Assembly (NCBI GenBank): GCA_963697335.1
Contig: CAVONQ010000009.1
Location: 1 to 64,000, forward strand
Direction of reading: 5' to 3'
DNA: 64,000 nt
DNA from: an uncultured cyanobacterium
Lineage (GTDB): Bacteria; Cyanobacteriota; Cyanobacteriia; PCC-6307; Cyanobiaceae
This document shows, one piece after another, positions 52,193 through 61,010 of the stretch (the stretch's first letter is position 1; every line of letters begins with the position of its first letter). The position numbers and the translations under genes are program-made. The notes beneath the pieces are model-generated. The model made no database searches and had not been told where the DNA came from. It was given only the letters and a program-made list of their open reading frames with translations.

Positions 52193-53272
52193 ATGACGAC
52201 AACCTCCCTGTCTCCCTCCCGCATCCCCCTCTGGGAAGCGTTCAAGAACTGGGTCACCAGCACCGACAACCGCCTCTACGTGGGTTGGTTCGGCGTGCTG
52301 ATGATCCCCACCCTGCTGGTGGCCACCTGCTGCTTTGTGATCGCCTTCATCGGTTCTCCCCCCGTCGACATCGACGGCGTCCGGGAGCCCGTCTCAGGCG
52401 GCCTGCTCTACGGCAACAACATCATCACGGCGGCGGTGGTGCCGAGTTCCAACGCCATCGGTCTGCACCTCTATCCGATCTGGGCCGCCAAAAGCCTCGA
52501 TGAGTGGCTCTACAACGGTGGGCCCTATCAACTGATCATCTTCCACTTCCTGATCGGCATCTTCTGCTGGATGGGCCGTGAGTGGGAACTCAGCTATCGC
52601 CTCGGCATGCGCCCCTGGATCGCCGTGGCCTATTCCGCTCCCGTGGCCGCTGCCACCGCCGTGCTGCTGGTGTACTCCATCGGCCAGGGTTCCTTCTCCG
52701 ACGGCATGCCCCTGGGCATCTCCGGCACCTTCAACTTCATGCTGGTGCTCCAGGCCGAGCACAACGTGCTCATGCACCCCTTCCACATGCTCGGCGTGGC
52801 CGGTGTGTTCGGCGGTGCCCTGTTCTCGGCCATGCACGGCTCCCTCGTCACCAGCTCCCTGGTGCGCGAAACCACGGAAACCGAGTCCCAGAACCGGGGT
52901 TACAAGTTTGGCCAGGAGGAGGAGACCTACAACATCGTGGCGGCCCACGGTTACTTCGGCCGACTGATCTTTCAGTACGCCAGCTTCAACAACAGCCGCA
53001 GCCTGCACTTCTTCCTGGCCGCCTGGCCCGTGGTGGGCATCTGGTTTGCGGCCCTGGCAGTGGCCAGCTTCTCCTTCAACCTCAACGGCCTCAACTTCAA
53101 CCACTCCGTGCTCGATTCCCAGGGCCGGGTGGTGGACACCTGGGCTGACGTGCTCAACCGCGCCGGCCTTGGCATCGAGGCGATGCACGAGCGCAACGTG
53201 CACAACTTCCCCCTCGATCTGGCGGCGGTTGATCGGGCCTCAGTGGCGCTCACGGCGCCAGCTCTCGGCTGA
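52193..53272 (+). CDS. psbA: Photosystem II D1, microaerobic D1' type
   Basis: Full-length D1 with D61, Y161, D170, E189, H190, H332, E333, H337, D342 and A344 intact. Carries the D1' markers G80A, F158L, T286A, plus P162S, F186L, A336V. Confidence 0.95.
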   Translation: MTTTSLSPSRIPLWEAFKNWVTSTDNRLYVGWFGVLMIPTLLVATCCFVIAFIGSPPVDIDGVREPVSGGLLYGNNIITAAVVPSSNAIGLHLYPIWAAKSLDEWLYNGGPYQLIIFHFLIGIFCWMGREWELSYRLGMRPWIAVAYSAPVAAATAVLLVYSIGQGSFSDGMPLGISGTFNFMLVLQAEHNVLMHPFHMLGVAGVFGGALFSAMHGSLVTSSLVRETTETESQNRGYKFGQEEETYNIVAAHGYFGRLIFQYASFNNSRSLHFFLAAWPVVGIWFAALAVASFSFNLNGLNFNHSVLDSQGRVVDTWADVLNRAGLGIEAMHERNVHNFPLDLAAVDRASVALTAPALG

Positions 53273-53328
53273 TCCTGTCGCGCCCAGGTGGCGCCTTCCC
53301 GTTCATCGTTCCCCTGCCTGGCTCTGCC

Positions 53329-53973
53329 ATGGATCTTCTCTTCCCCACCCTGCGGCGCATGCTGCCTCTGATGGCTCTGGCGGCCGCCTTCGCCCTGCTG
53401 GCCAGCCTGCTGCTGAGCCTCTGCCCGGCGCCCGCCCTCGCCCTGGAGGCGCCCGCCAACCCGGCCGGTCTCCCCCGGGCCGTCGAGGCGATGGAGCAAC
53501 TGGATGAGCTGCGCACGCAGCTGGCCTCCAGCCTCGAGGGCAGCAGCGAGGAGCCCAGCATGGACACGATGCGGGAGGTCTGCCGGCCCGTGGGCCTGCG
53601 GGCCATGGCCATCGGCAAGGAGAACGGCTGGACCGTGCGCCAGGTGGCCAGCAAGTACCGCAACCCCGACCATGCCCCCGCCGGCAGCCAGGAAACCGAG
53701 GTGATCGATCTGCTGGCGAGGCACCCCGAGATCACCGGCCTGTGGGAGCCGGCCGCGGCCGGCCAGGCCGCCGGTGTGAACTATTACCGCCGCATTGATG
53801 TGCAGCCCAGCTGCCTGGCCTGTCATGGCACCAAGGACAGCCGCCCCGGATTTGTGAAAAACAACTACCCCGCCGACAGGGCCTTCAACTTCAAGCCCGG
53901 CGATCTGCGCGGCATGTATGCCGTGTTCATTCCTGAGGTGCAGGAGGTGCTCAGGGCCTCTGAAGGAGGTTGA
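53329..53973 (+). CDS. Tll0287-like (DUF3365) exported c-type heme protein
   Basis: Signal peptide (..ALA), EVCRPVG (candidate distal Cys), KYRNP.HAP, CLACHG, Y..DRA.NF..GDLRG. Confidence 0.88.
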   Translation: MDLLFPTLRRMLPLMALAAAFALLASLLLSLCPAPALALEAPANPAGLPRAVEAMEQLDELRTQLASSLEGSSEEPSMDTMREVCRPVGLRAMAIGKENGWTVRQVASKYRNPDHAPAGSQETEVIDLLARHPEITGLWEPAAAGQAAGVNYYRRIDVQPSCLACHGTKDSRPGFVKNNYPADRAFNFKPGDLRGMYAVFIPEVQEVLRASEGG

Positions 53974-53975
53974 GC

Positions 53976-55247
53976 ATGCATTGCCAGGTGCTGATCGCCG
54001 GGGGCGGAACCGGGGGGATCACCGTGGCCAGCTGGTTGCGACGGCTGGCGCCGGAGCTGGAGGTCACGGTGGTGGAGCCCTCCTCCGTTCACGACTACCA
54101 GTCGGGCTGGGTGCTGGTGGCCGGCGGTTTCATCTCTGCGGCTGAAACCGAGCGCAGTGAGGCCTCGGTGATGCCCGAGGGGGTGCGCTGGATCTCCAGC
54201 AAGGTGGTGGCCTTCGATCCCGATCACCATGCCATCGAGCTGACCGATGGCCAGCGCCTCACCTACGGGGTGCTGGTGGTGGCGCTGGGCATCGACCTGC
54301 TCTGGAGCGCCGTGGACGGCTTGCCGGCAGCGCTGGGTGGCCATGGGGTCTGCAGCATCTACAGCCGCCGTTTTGCGGTGTACACCCGCGACTGCCTGCG
54401 CCGCTTCCAGGGCGGTACGGCCCTGTTCACCGAGCCCGCCACGGCGATCAAATGCGGTGGGGCACCCCAGAAGATCATGCACATTGCCGACCAGCAGTTC
54501 AAGCGGCGCAGTGGCGTGGGCGTGAATTCCAGGCTGATCTTCTGCACCGCCAAGAGCAGCCTGTTCCCCGTGCCGGCCTTCAACACCGCCATGGAGGCGA
54601 TCGCGGCAGCCCATGGCAGCGAGGTGCGCTACCGCCACAACCTGGTGGCCGTCAACGGCCCGGAGCGCCGGGCCGTGTTCCGGGTCCAGGAGCAGGAGGG
54701 CGGCGAGGGCCACGAGCTGGAGCTCGGGTTCGATCTTCTGCATGTGGTGCCGCCGATGGCCGCGCCCCGGGTGGTGGCGGATAGCCCCCTCGCCATCAAT
54801 GCCACGGAGGGCTGGGTGGAGGTGGATCCCCACAGCGGCCAGCATCCGCGCTACCCCGATGTGTTCGCCGTCGGTGATGTGGGCTCGTATCCCACCGCCA
54901 AGACAGGGGCGGGGGTGCGCATGCAAGCCCCGGTGGTGGCCGCCAATGTGCAGGCGGTGCTGCAGGGGGGCAGCGTGCAGCCGGGCTACGACGGCTACAG
55001 CGCCTGCCCGCTCATCACCACAGACCACAGCGTGATGATGGTGGAGTTCGACTACACCAACAAGCCCGTGAGCAGCTTCCTGGTGAATCCGGTGAAGGAG
55101 CGCTGGTTCGCCTGGTTGCTGGAGCGTTGGGGTTTTCCCTGGATCTACTGGAACCGCATGCTCAAGGCGCAGCCCCACGAGGGCGCCTACCTGAAGCCGT
55201 TCACGGGGCTGGCCCGGCGGCTGGGCCTGATGCGCTGGCAGAGCTGA
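53976..55247 (+). CDS. sqr: Sulfide:quinone oxidoreductase, type II-like (copy 2)
   Basis: IAGGGTGG, YQSGWVLVAGG, IKCGGAPQK, KTGAG, YDGYSACPL, VEFDY. Starts 3 nt after the DUF3365 stop. Confidence 0.87.
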   Translation: MHCQVLIAGGGTGGITVASWLRRLAPELEVTVVEPSSVHDYQSGWVLVAGGFISAAETERSEASVMPEGVRWISSKVVAFDPDHHAIELTDGQRLTYGVLVVALGIDLLWSAVDGLPAALGGHGVCSIYSRRFAVYTRDCLRRFQGGTALFTEPATAIKCGGAPQKIMHIADQQFKRRSGVGVNSRLIFCTAKSSLFPVPAFNTAMEAIAAAHGSEVRYRHNLVAVNGPERRAVFRVQEQEGGEGHELELGFDLLHVVPPMAAPRVVADSPLAINATEGWVEVDPHSGQHPRYPDVFAVGDVGSYPTAKTGAGVRMQAPVVAANVQAVLQGGSVQPGYDGYSACPLITTDHSVMMVEFDYTNKPVSSFLVNPVKERWFAWLLERWGFPWIYWNRMLKAQPHEGAYLKPFTGLARRLGLMRWQS

Positions 55248-55277
55248 ATCCAGCCAATCAATCGATCGGCTCGGGAA

Positions 55278-56051
55278 TCAGAGGATCTGCTCGAGGAAAC
55301 GGCGGCTGCGTTCGTGGCTCGGGTTCGAGAAGAACCGCTGCGGCGGCGCCTCCTCCACCACCTCGCCCCCGTCCATCAGCACCACGCGGTGGGCCACCTG
55401 CTGGGCAAAGCGCACCTCGTGGGTCACCACCACCATGGTCATGCCCTCGGCGGCCAGGCCCTGCATCACCTCCAGCACCTCGCGCACCATCTCGGGGTCA
55501 AGGGCGCTGGTGGGCTCATCGAAGAGCATCAGCTGGGGGTCCATGCACAGCGAGCGGGCGATGGCCACCCGCTGCTGCTGGCCGCCGGAGAGCTGGCCCG
55601 GGTATTTGTCCGCCTGCTCGGCGATCCCCACCCGCTCCAGCAGCTGGAGGGCCCGTCGCTTCGCCTCGGTGCGGCTGCGGCGGCGCACCAGCACCGGCGC
55701 CAGGGTGAGGTTCTCCAGCACCGTGAGGTGGGGGAAGAGGTTGAACTGCTGAAACACCATGCCCACCTCGCGGCGGATGGCGTCGATGTCGCGCAGGTCG
55801 GCGGAGAGGGGCCGGCCATCGATGTGAATGCTGCCCTGCTGAAAGTCCTCCAGGGCGTTGAAGGTGCGGATGAAGGTGCTCTTGCCGGAGCCCGAGGGCC
55901 CCATGATCACCACCACCTCGCCGCGCTTCACCGTGAGGCTGGCACCCCTGAGGGCCTGAAAGCCGTTGGGGTACCACTTGTGCACGGCCTCGGCCCGCAG
56001 GATCGGGGCCTGGCTTTGGTTCTGGGGGGTGGTGGGGGCGCTGGAGTCCAT
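55278..56051 (-). CDS. Polar amino-acid ABC transporter ATP-binding protein
   Basis: GPSGSGKST, MVFQQFNLFPHL, LSGGQQQRVAIAR, FDEPTSALDPE. Confidence 0.94.
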   Translation of the reverse strand: MDSSAPTTPQNQSQAPILRAEAVHKWYPNGFQALRGASLTVKRGEVVVIMGPSGSGKSTFIRTFNALEDFQQGSIHIDGRPLSADLRDIDAIRREVGMVFQQFNLFPHLTVLENLTLAPVLVRRRSRTEAKRRALQLLERVGIAEQADKYPGQLSGGQQQRVAIARSLCMDPQLMLFDEPTSALDPEMVREVLEVMQGLAAEGMTMVVVTHEVRFAQQVAHRVVLMDGGEVVEEAPPQRFFSNPSHERSRRFLEQIL

Positions 56052-56084
56052 CGGGATCAGAACGGGCGGGGTTGGAGCGGTGTC

Positions 56085-57338
56085 TCAGCCACTGGGGCTG
56101 TGGCGGGGATCGAGGCGGTGTTCCAGGGCGCGGCTTCCCAGGCCCAGGGCGGTGCAGCAACCCCAGAACAACACCGCCAGGGTGAGGTACACCTCGCCGT
56201 AGTGGCCCAGGAAGGCGGGGTTGGCCATCACGGCGCGGGCGGTGCCAAGCAGCTCCAGCAGGCCGATCAGCGACAGCAGCGTGGTGTCCTGCAGCAGTGA
56301 GATGAACTGGCTCACCATCACCGGCAGGGCCACCCGCAGGGCCTGGGGCAGCACCACGTGCTGCAGGGCCTGCAGCGGCCCGAGGCCGAGGGAGCGCGCC
56401 GCCTCCAGCTGGCCGGCGGGCACGGCGCTGAGGCCGGCCCGCACCGCCTCGGCCAGGTAGGCCGCCGCAAAGAAGGTGAGCACCCAGGCTGCCCGCCACA
56501 CCCGCTCTGGAGCCAGGCCCCCCGGCAGCAGAAAGCCGAGGATGTTCTGGCCGAGGAACAGCAGGGTGATCAGCGGCGCCCCGCGGATGAACTCGATGTA
56601 CAGCACCGAGCCCCAGCGCAGCAGCGGTAGCGGGCTGCGGCGGCCCAGGGCCAACAGCACCCCCAGGGGAAAGCAGAGCAGGATGGCGAAGCTGGCCTCC
56701 AGCAGGGTGAGCAGCAGGCCTCCCCACTCGGCACTGGAGACGGGCGCCAGCCCGAAGCCTCCACTGATCAGCACCATGCCCAGCAGGTAGAGCCCAGGCC
56801 AGAGCAGGGCCAGCCCCCGCAGCGCCCGCGACCCCAACTCAGGGCCCAGCCGCCCGGCCCAGCGGCCGGTGAGCCAGCGCAGCCCCACCAGCAGGACGGC
56901 CAGGGCGGCCCAGCGGCCGGCGATGGCGGGGCTGAGCTGCAGGGCCCAGGGCGTCCACAGGGCCAGCCCGGCGATCAGGCCACAGGCCCAGCGATCGGAG
57001 TTGGGCCAGGGGTTGCCGCGGCGGTCGGGCCGAGGCTGGCTGCGCAGCAGGCCCCAGCTCAGGCCACTGGCGGCACAGAGCAGGGCGAGCAGCAGCCACA
57101 GGCGCCACTGCTGTTGCAGCGGATAGCGCCCCACCGCGAACAGGGTGCTGTTCAGCTGAATCACCGCCCAGTTGGCGGAGCCCAGGGCCCAGCGCAGCAG
57201 GGCGATCAGGGCGCTGCCGATCAGGGCGATCAGGGCGACACTGAGCACGGTGTCGCCGCGGCTGGCGAACAGCTCCCGCTTCAGGGCGGCCAGCGGGCCA
57301 GGCCGGCCCGAGGACCTGGGGTTGGGGGAGGGCACCAT
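56085..57338 (-). CDS. Amino-acid ABC permease (AapM-like)
   Basis: WGGLLLTL, YIEFIRGAPL, AYLAEAVRAG, GQLEAARSLGL. Confidence 0.9.
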   Translation of the reverse strand: MVPSPNPRSSGRPGPLAALKRELFASRGDTVLSVALIALIGSALIALLRWALGSANWAVIQLNSTLFAVGRYPLQQQWRLWLLLALLCAASGLSWGLLRSQPRPDRRGNPWPNSDRWACGLIAGLALWTPWALQLSPAIAGRWAALAVLLVGLRWLTGRWAGRLGPELGSRALRGLALLWPGLYLLGMVLISGGFGLAPVSSAEWGGLLLTLLEASFAILLCFPLGVLLALGRRSPLPLLRWGSVLYIEFIRGAPLITLLFLGQNILGFLLPGGLAPERVWRAAWVLTFFAAAYLAEAVRAGLSAVPAGQLEAARSLGLGPLQALQHVVLPQALRVALPVMVSQFISLLQDTTLLSLIGLLELLGTARAVMANPAFLGHYGEVYLTLAVLFWGCCTALGLGSRALEHRLDPRHSPSG

Positions 57339-57339
57339 C

Positions 57340-58398
57340 TCAGCGCTCCCGGATCTGCACGAGCTGGTTGAGGCCGTTCATCAGGGCGGAGATCAGCAGA
57401 TCGAGCACCAGGTAGGAGGCCAGCAGCAGGATCACCACCTCCACGGCGCGGCCGGTCTGGTTGAGGGTGGTCTCAGCCACCGCATAGAGGTCGGGATAGC
57501 CCACGGCCACCGCCAGGGAGGAGTTCTTGGCCAGGGAGATGTACTGGGTGTTGAGGCCGGGCACGATCACCCGCAGGGCCTGGGGCAGCACCACATGGCG
57601 CAGGGTGGAGAACCAGCCCAGCCCCAGGGAGGCCGCCGCTTCCCACTGCCCCTGGGTCACCGCGGCGATGCCGCCCCGCACCACCTCGGCGATGTAGGCG
57701 CCGGAATACACCACCAGGCCGCAGAGCAGGGCGCCGAACTCCACGCTCAGCCGCAGCGGCGCCTGCCAGACGCCGTTCACCAGGCTGGGCCCGACCCAGC
57801 TCCAGCCGTTCGCGAAGCCGGCCAGGTAAAGCCCGGATTTGGCCAGGGTGAGGCCCGGCAGCTGGATGGCGGCGGCGCCGTTGGGCAGGGAGAGGAACAC
57901 CACGAAATACCAGAACACCAGCTGCACCAGCAGGGGGATGTTGCGCACCAGCTCCACATAGGCCCGCACCAGGCGGCGCAGCAGACCGTTGCTGCTGAAG
58001 TTGGCCATGCCTGCCGCCGTGCCCAGCAGGGTGGCCCCCACCAGGGCCGACAGCACGGCCCGCAGGGTGTTGGCGAGCCCCGCCAGCAGCGCCCGCCAGT
58101 AGGGCATGGTGGCGTCGAAGGGGATGGTGGTTTCGCCGATGGGGAAGCCGGCGGGCTGGCCCAGCCAGCGCCAGGTGAGCAGCAGGCCGGCGGCGGTGAG
58201 GTTGCGGATCAGGTTGCCGAGCAGGAACACCGCCACCAGCAGCACCGCCAGCCCGACGGCCGCCTGCACCAGCCAGGGCAGCAGACGGCGGTTGCGCCAC
58301 CAGGGCACCGGGGGATCCGCTGAACCGATCACTGAGCTGGTTTGGGGCGCGATCGGGGCCCCAGGCCTGGAGCGGTCGGGGCGGGGAGGCCGCGCCAT
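57340..58398 (-). CDS. Amino-acid ABC permease (AapQ-like)
   Basis: YVELVRNIPLL, AYIAEVVRGG, GQWEAAASLGL, KNSSLAVAVGYPD. Confidence 0.9.
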   Translation of the reverse strand: MARPPRPDRSRPGAPIAPQTSSVIGSADPPVPWWRNRRLLPWLVQAAVGLAVLLVAVFLLGNLIRNLTAAGLLLTWRWLGQPAGFPIGETTIPFDATMPYWRALLAGLANTLRAVLSALVGATLLGTAAGMANFSSNGLLRRLVRAYVELVRNIPLLVQLVFWYFVVFLSLPNGAAAIQLPGLTLAKSGLYLAGFANGWSWVGPSLVNGVWQAPLRLSVEFGALLCGLVVYSGAYIAEVVRGGIAAVTQGQWEAAASLGLGWFSTLRHVVLPQALRVIVPGLNTQYISLAKNSSLAVAVGYPDLYAVAETTLNQTGRAVEVVILLLASYLVLDLLISALMNGLNQLVQIRER

Positions 58399-59483
58399 CA
58401 ACGGAAGGGCTGGGCGTACAGCATGCCGCCCTCGTTCCAGAGCTTGTTGAGGCCCCGCTCCAGCTTGAGGCGCGAGTTGGTGCCCACGTTGCGCTCGAAG
58501 ATCTCGCCGTAGTTGCCCACGGCAGCGATCGCCTGCACGGTGAAGTCGGCGGGCAGCCCCAGCTGGCGGCCGAAGTCGCCCTCCACCCCGAAGAAGCGGC
58601 GCAGATCGGCCAGGTTGGAGTTGGCCTTGGCCTCGGCCAGCTTGGCCTCGAGATTGGCCTGGGTGATGCCCCACTCCTCCGCCTGGATCAGGGCGAAGAC
58701 CACCCAGCGCAGGGCATCGGCCCAGGCTGGATCGGCATTGGTGCTGGCCGGGGAGAGGGGCTCCTTGCTGAGCACGTCGGGCAGCAGCTGGTGCTGATCG
58801 GGAGCCGGGAAGCTGCTGCGCTTGCCGGCCAGCTGGGAGCGGTCGCTGGTGACGGCCACGCAACGGCCGCCCAGGTAGGCGGCGTAGGTCTGGTCGCTGG
58901 TCTGGAACTTCAGCGGGGTGTAGGCCACGTTGATCTCCCGCATCCGGTCGGCCAGGTTGAGCTCGGTGGTGGTGCCGCTCTCCACGCAGATCGGTTGGCC
59001 GGCCAGATCCCGCAGGCTGCTGATGCCGCGGCTGACGGGCGCCATCACCCCCTGGCCGTCATAGAAGGTGGTGGGCGCGAAGCTGAGGCCGTTGCCGCCG
59101 GCGGCGTCACGGCTGAGGGTGGCGGTGGTGTTGCGGGCGAGCATGTCCACCTCGCCGCTGGCCAGGGCCGCGAAGCGCTCACTGGAGTTGAGGTTGCGGT
59201 ATTCCACCTTGCCGGGATCGCCGAGCACGGCGGCGGCCACGGCCTTGCAGGTGTCCACATCGAGGCCGGAATAGGTGCCGTCGGCCTCCACAAAACTGAA
59301 GCCCGGCAGGGTGCCCTCCACGCCGCAGACGAGCTTGTCGCGGCCGGTGATGGCGGCGATCTTGGGGCTCTGGCTGCCGGCTCCGCCCTCCGGGGCGCAG
59401 GCCGCCAGCGGCAGCACCGCGAGCAGGGCGATCAAGGCCGTGGGGACAGCCGCGGCAGAACGGGAGGGCAAGGCTCGGGGCAT
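58398..59483 (-). CDS. Amino-acid ABC substrate-binding lipoprotein (AapJ-like)
   Basis: Lipobox LAAC, GLDVDTCKAVAAA, RNTT, SKEPL, VGNYGEIFERN. Confidence 0.92.
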   Translation of the reverse strand: MPRALPSRSAAAVPTALIALLAVLPLAACAPEGGAGSQSPKIAAITGRDKLVCGVEGTLPGFSFVEADGTYSGLDVDTCKAVAAAVLGDPGKVEYRNLNSSERFAALASGEVDMLARNTTATLSRDAAGGNGLSFAPTTFYDGQGVMAPVSRGISSLRDLAGQPICVESGTTTELNLADRMREINVAYTPLKFQTSDQTYAAYLGGRCVAVTSDRSQLAGKRSSFPAPDQHQLLPDVLSKEPLSPASTNADPAWADALRWVVFALIQAEEWGITQANLEAKLAEAKANSNLADLRRFFGVEGDFGRQLGLPADFTVQAIAAVGNYGEIFERNVGTNSRLKLERGLNKLWNEGGMLYAQPFR

Positions 59484-59580
59484 GGGGATCGGGGCCCCCG
59501 GGGGCCAGAGGTGGCGGGATCCTGTCATGCCCAGCTGCCCTGTGGTGTCGCAATGCACGCGGCAGGGCCAGGTCTTGGGT

Positions 59581-59919
59581 TCAGACGGCCTTGAGCTGCT
59601 GGAGCTGGGCCTCAAGCCGTTGCTTGAGGCGTTTCTGCACCAGGTCGCAGAGGTCGTCCACCAGATCGCTGTCGGCGTGCCAGATCGTGCGCACGCCATC
59701 GCGTTCACAGCGCACCAGGGTGGCGCGCTGCAATTGTCCAAGCTGCCGACTGATGTGGGACTGGGAGAAGCCGGTGGCCTCGATCAGGGAGGCCACATCC
59801 ATCGGCCCCTGCTTGAGCTGACAGAGGAGCTGCAGCCGCGCCGGTTCGCTCAGGATCCGGAAGAACTGGCTGAACTCTTCAAGCAACTGGGGGGAGGGCG
59901 GCTGGCCCGGACAAGACAT
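59581..59919 (-). CDS. ArsR-family regulator of the BigR/SqrR (persulfide-sensing) type
   Basis: LSEPARLQLLCQL (Cys in alpha2) and LVDDLCDL (Cys in alpha5); no alpha3 CxC. Divergent from the rhodanese remnant and tauE. Confidence 0.75.
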   Translation of the reverse strand: MSCPGQPPSPQLLEEFSQFFRILSEPARLQLLCQLKQGPMDVASLIEATGFSQSHISRQLGQLQRATLVRCERDGVRTIWHADSDLVDDLCDLVQKRLKQRLEAQLQQLKAV

Positions 59920-59987
59920 GGGTCTCTGATTACATGTTGAGGCAATTATGCAGTCCACATCAGGCGGGCGCCTTGCCCTTTGCCCCT

Positions 59988-60007
59988 CTATGCGGGTATC
60001 GTCATAA
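59988..60007. promoter_or_regulatory. Candidate operator between the BigR-like gene and the rhodanese/tauE unit
   Basis: CTATGCGGGTATCGTCATAA imperfect palindrome, overlapping a CATAAT -10-like hexamer. Confidence 0.45.
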
Positions 60008-60027
60008 TAGTTAGTAGGGCTCCTCCC

Positions 60028-60186
60028 GTGGCTACCACTAGTGCCGATTCGCTCGCCTCGGGGGCCGTCACCGTGATCGACGTGCGCGAGTCCGCGGGGC
60101 TTGTGCACCACAACGGTCAACACAGTGGCCCCGCCCTGGAACAGCTGCTGCTGGCGCTGATGCCCTGGAACCGGGTGAGCCTGTGA
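60028..60186 (+). pseudogene. Internally deleted YgaP-like rhodanese/DUF2892 gene
   Basis: 52 aa joining the rhodanese start (LASGAVTVIDVRE) to a DUF2892-type end (LLALMPWNRV). Catalytic Cys loop and TM helices absent. Confidence 0.7.
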
Positions 60187-61010
60187 CGGTTGCCGCCGTT
60201 GAGATGGTCACGGTTTCCACGCTGCTGCTGCTGGCCGGCGGAGCCCTGATCGGTCTGCTGCTGGCCGTGCTGGGGGCAGGCGGCTCAATCCTGCTGCTGC
60301 CCCTGCTGGTGAGCGGCGCGGCTCTGCCCACCCGCGAGGCGGTGCCGCTGTCGCTGCTGGTGGTGGCCCTGCTCGCCATGGCCAACGTGGGGCCCTACCT
60401 GCGCCGGGGCCAGCTGGCTCCCCGCCCAGCCCTGCTGCTGGGCGTGCCAGCCCTGGCGGGCAGCTGGATCGGCGGCAGCCTGGTGAAGGCGGGCCTGATT
60501 CCAGAAGTGCTGCAGCTGGGGCTGTTCAGCGTTGCCGCCGTGGCCGCCTCCTGGCTGCTGCTGCGCCGGGGTGCCCAGGCTGCCGGCCGCCCCCCCGGCG
60601 CCAGACCGGTTGCTGTGAGGGCCCTGGCCGCCCAGGGTCTGGGGGTGGGCCTGCTCACCGGCATTGCCGGGGTGGGCGGTGGCTTTGCGATCGTGCCGGC
60701 TCTGGTGCTGCTGGCGGGGCTGCCGATGGCGGTGGCCAGTGGCACCAGCTTGGTGCTGATCGCCGCCAATGCCGCGGTGGCCCTGGTGGCTCTGGGCCAC
60801 TGGCCCCAGGCGACGCTGCCGCTGTTGGTGCCGTTGCTGCTGGGGGGAGCTGCCGGAGGGCTGCTGGGACAGCGGCTGGCGCCCCACCTGCCGGAGCGGC
60901 GGCTGCGCCAGGGCTTTGCGCTGCTGTTGATCGGCTCGGCCCTGCTCACCGGGGGCGAGGCCTGGCAGCGGCAGCAGGTGCCGCCGACAGCGGCTGAGCG
61001 GGCTCAGTAG
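60183..61010 (+). CDS. Sulfite exporter TauE/SafE family
   Basis: LGAGGSILLLPLL and AGVGGGFAIVPALV repeats, A.GTSL..I. Confidence 0.9.
   Translation: MTVAAVEMVTVSTLLLLAGGALIGLLLAVLGAGGSILLLPLLVSGAALPTREAVPLSLLVVALLAMANVGPYLRRGQLAPRPALLLGVPALAGSWIGGSLVKAGLIPEVLQLGLFSVAAVAASWLLLRRGAQAAGRPPGARPVAVRALAAQGLGVGLLTGIAGVGGGFAIVPALVLLAGLPMAVASGTSLVLIAANAAVALVALGHWPQATLPLLVPLLLGGAAGGLLGQRLAPHLPERRLRQGFALLLIGSALLTGGEAWQRQQVPPTAAERAQ

Noticed and set aside
52193..53272. Rogue D1 or chlorophyll f synthase interpretation of psbA
   Set aside because: All Mn-cluster ligands and the A344 processing site are present; the markers fit D1'.
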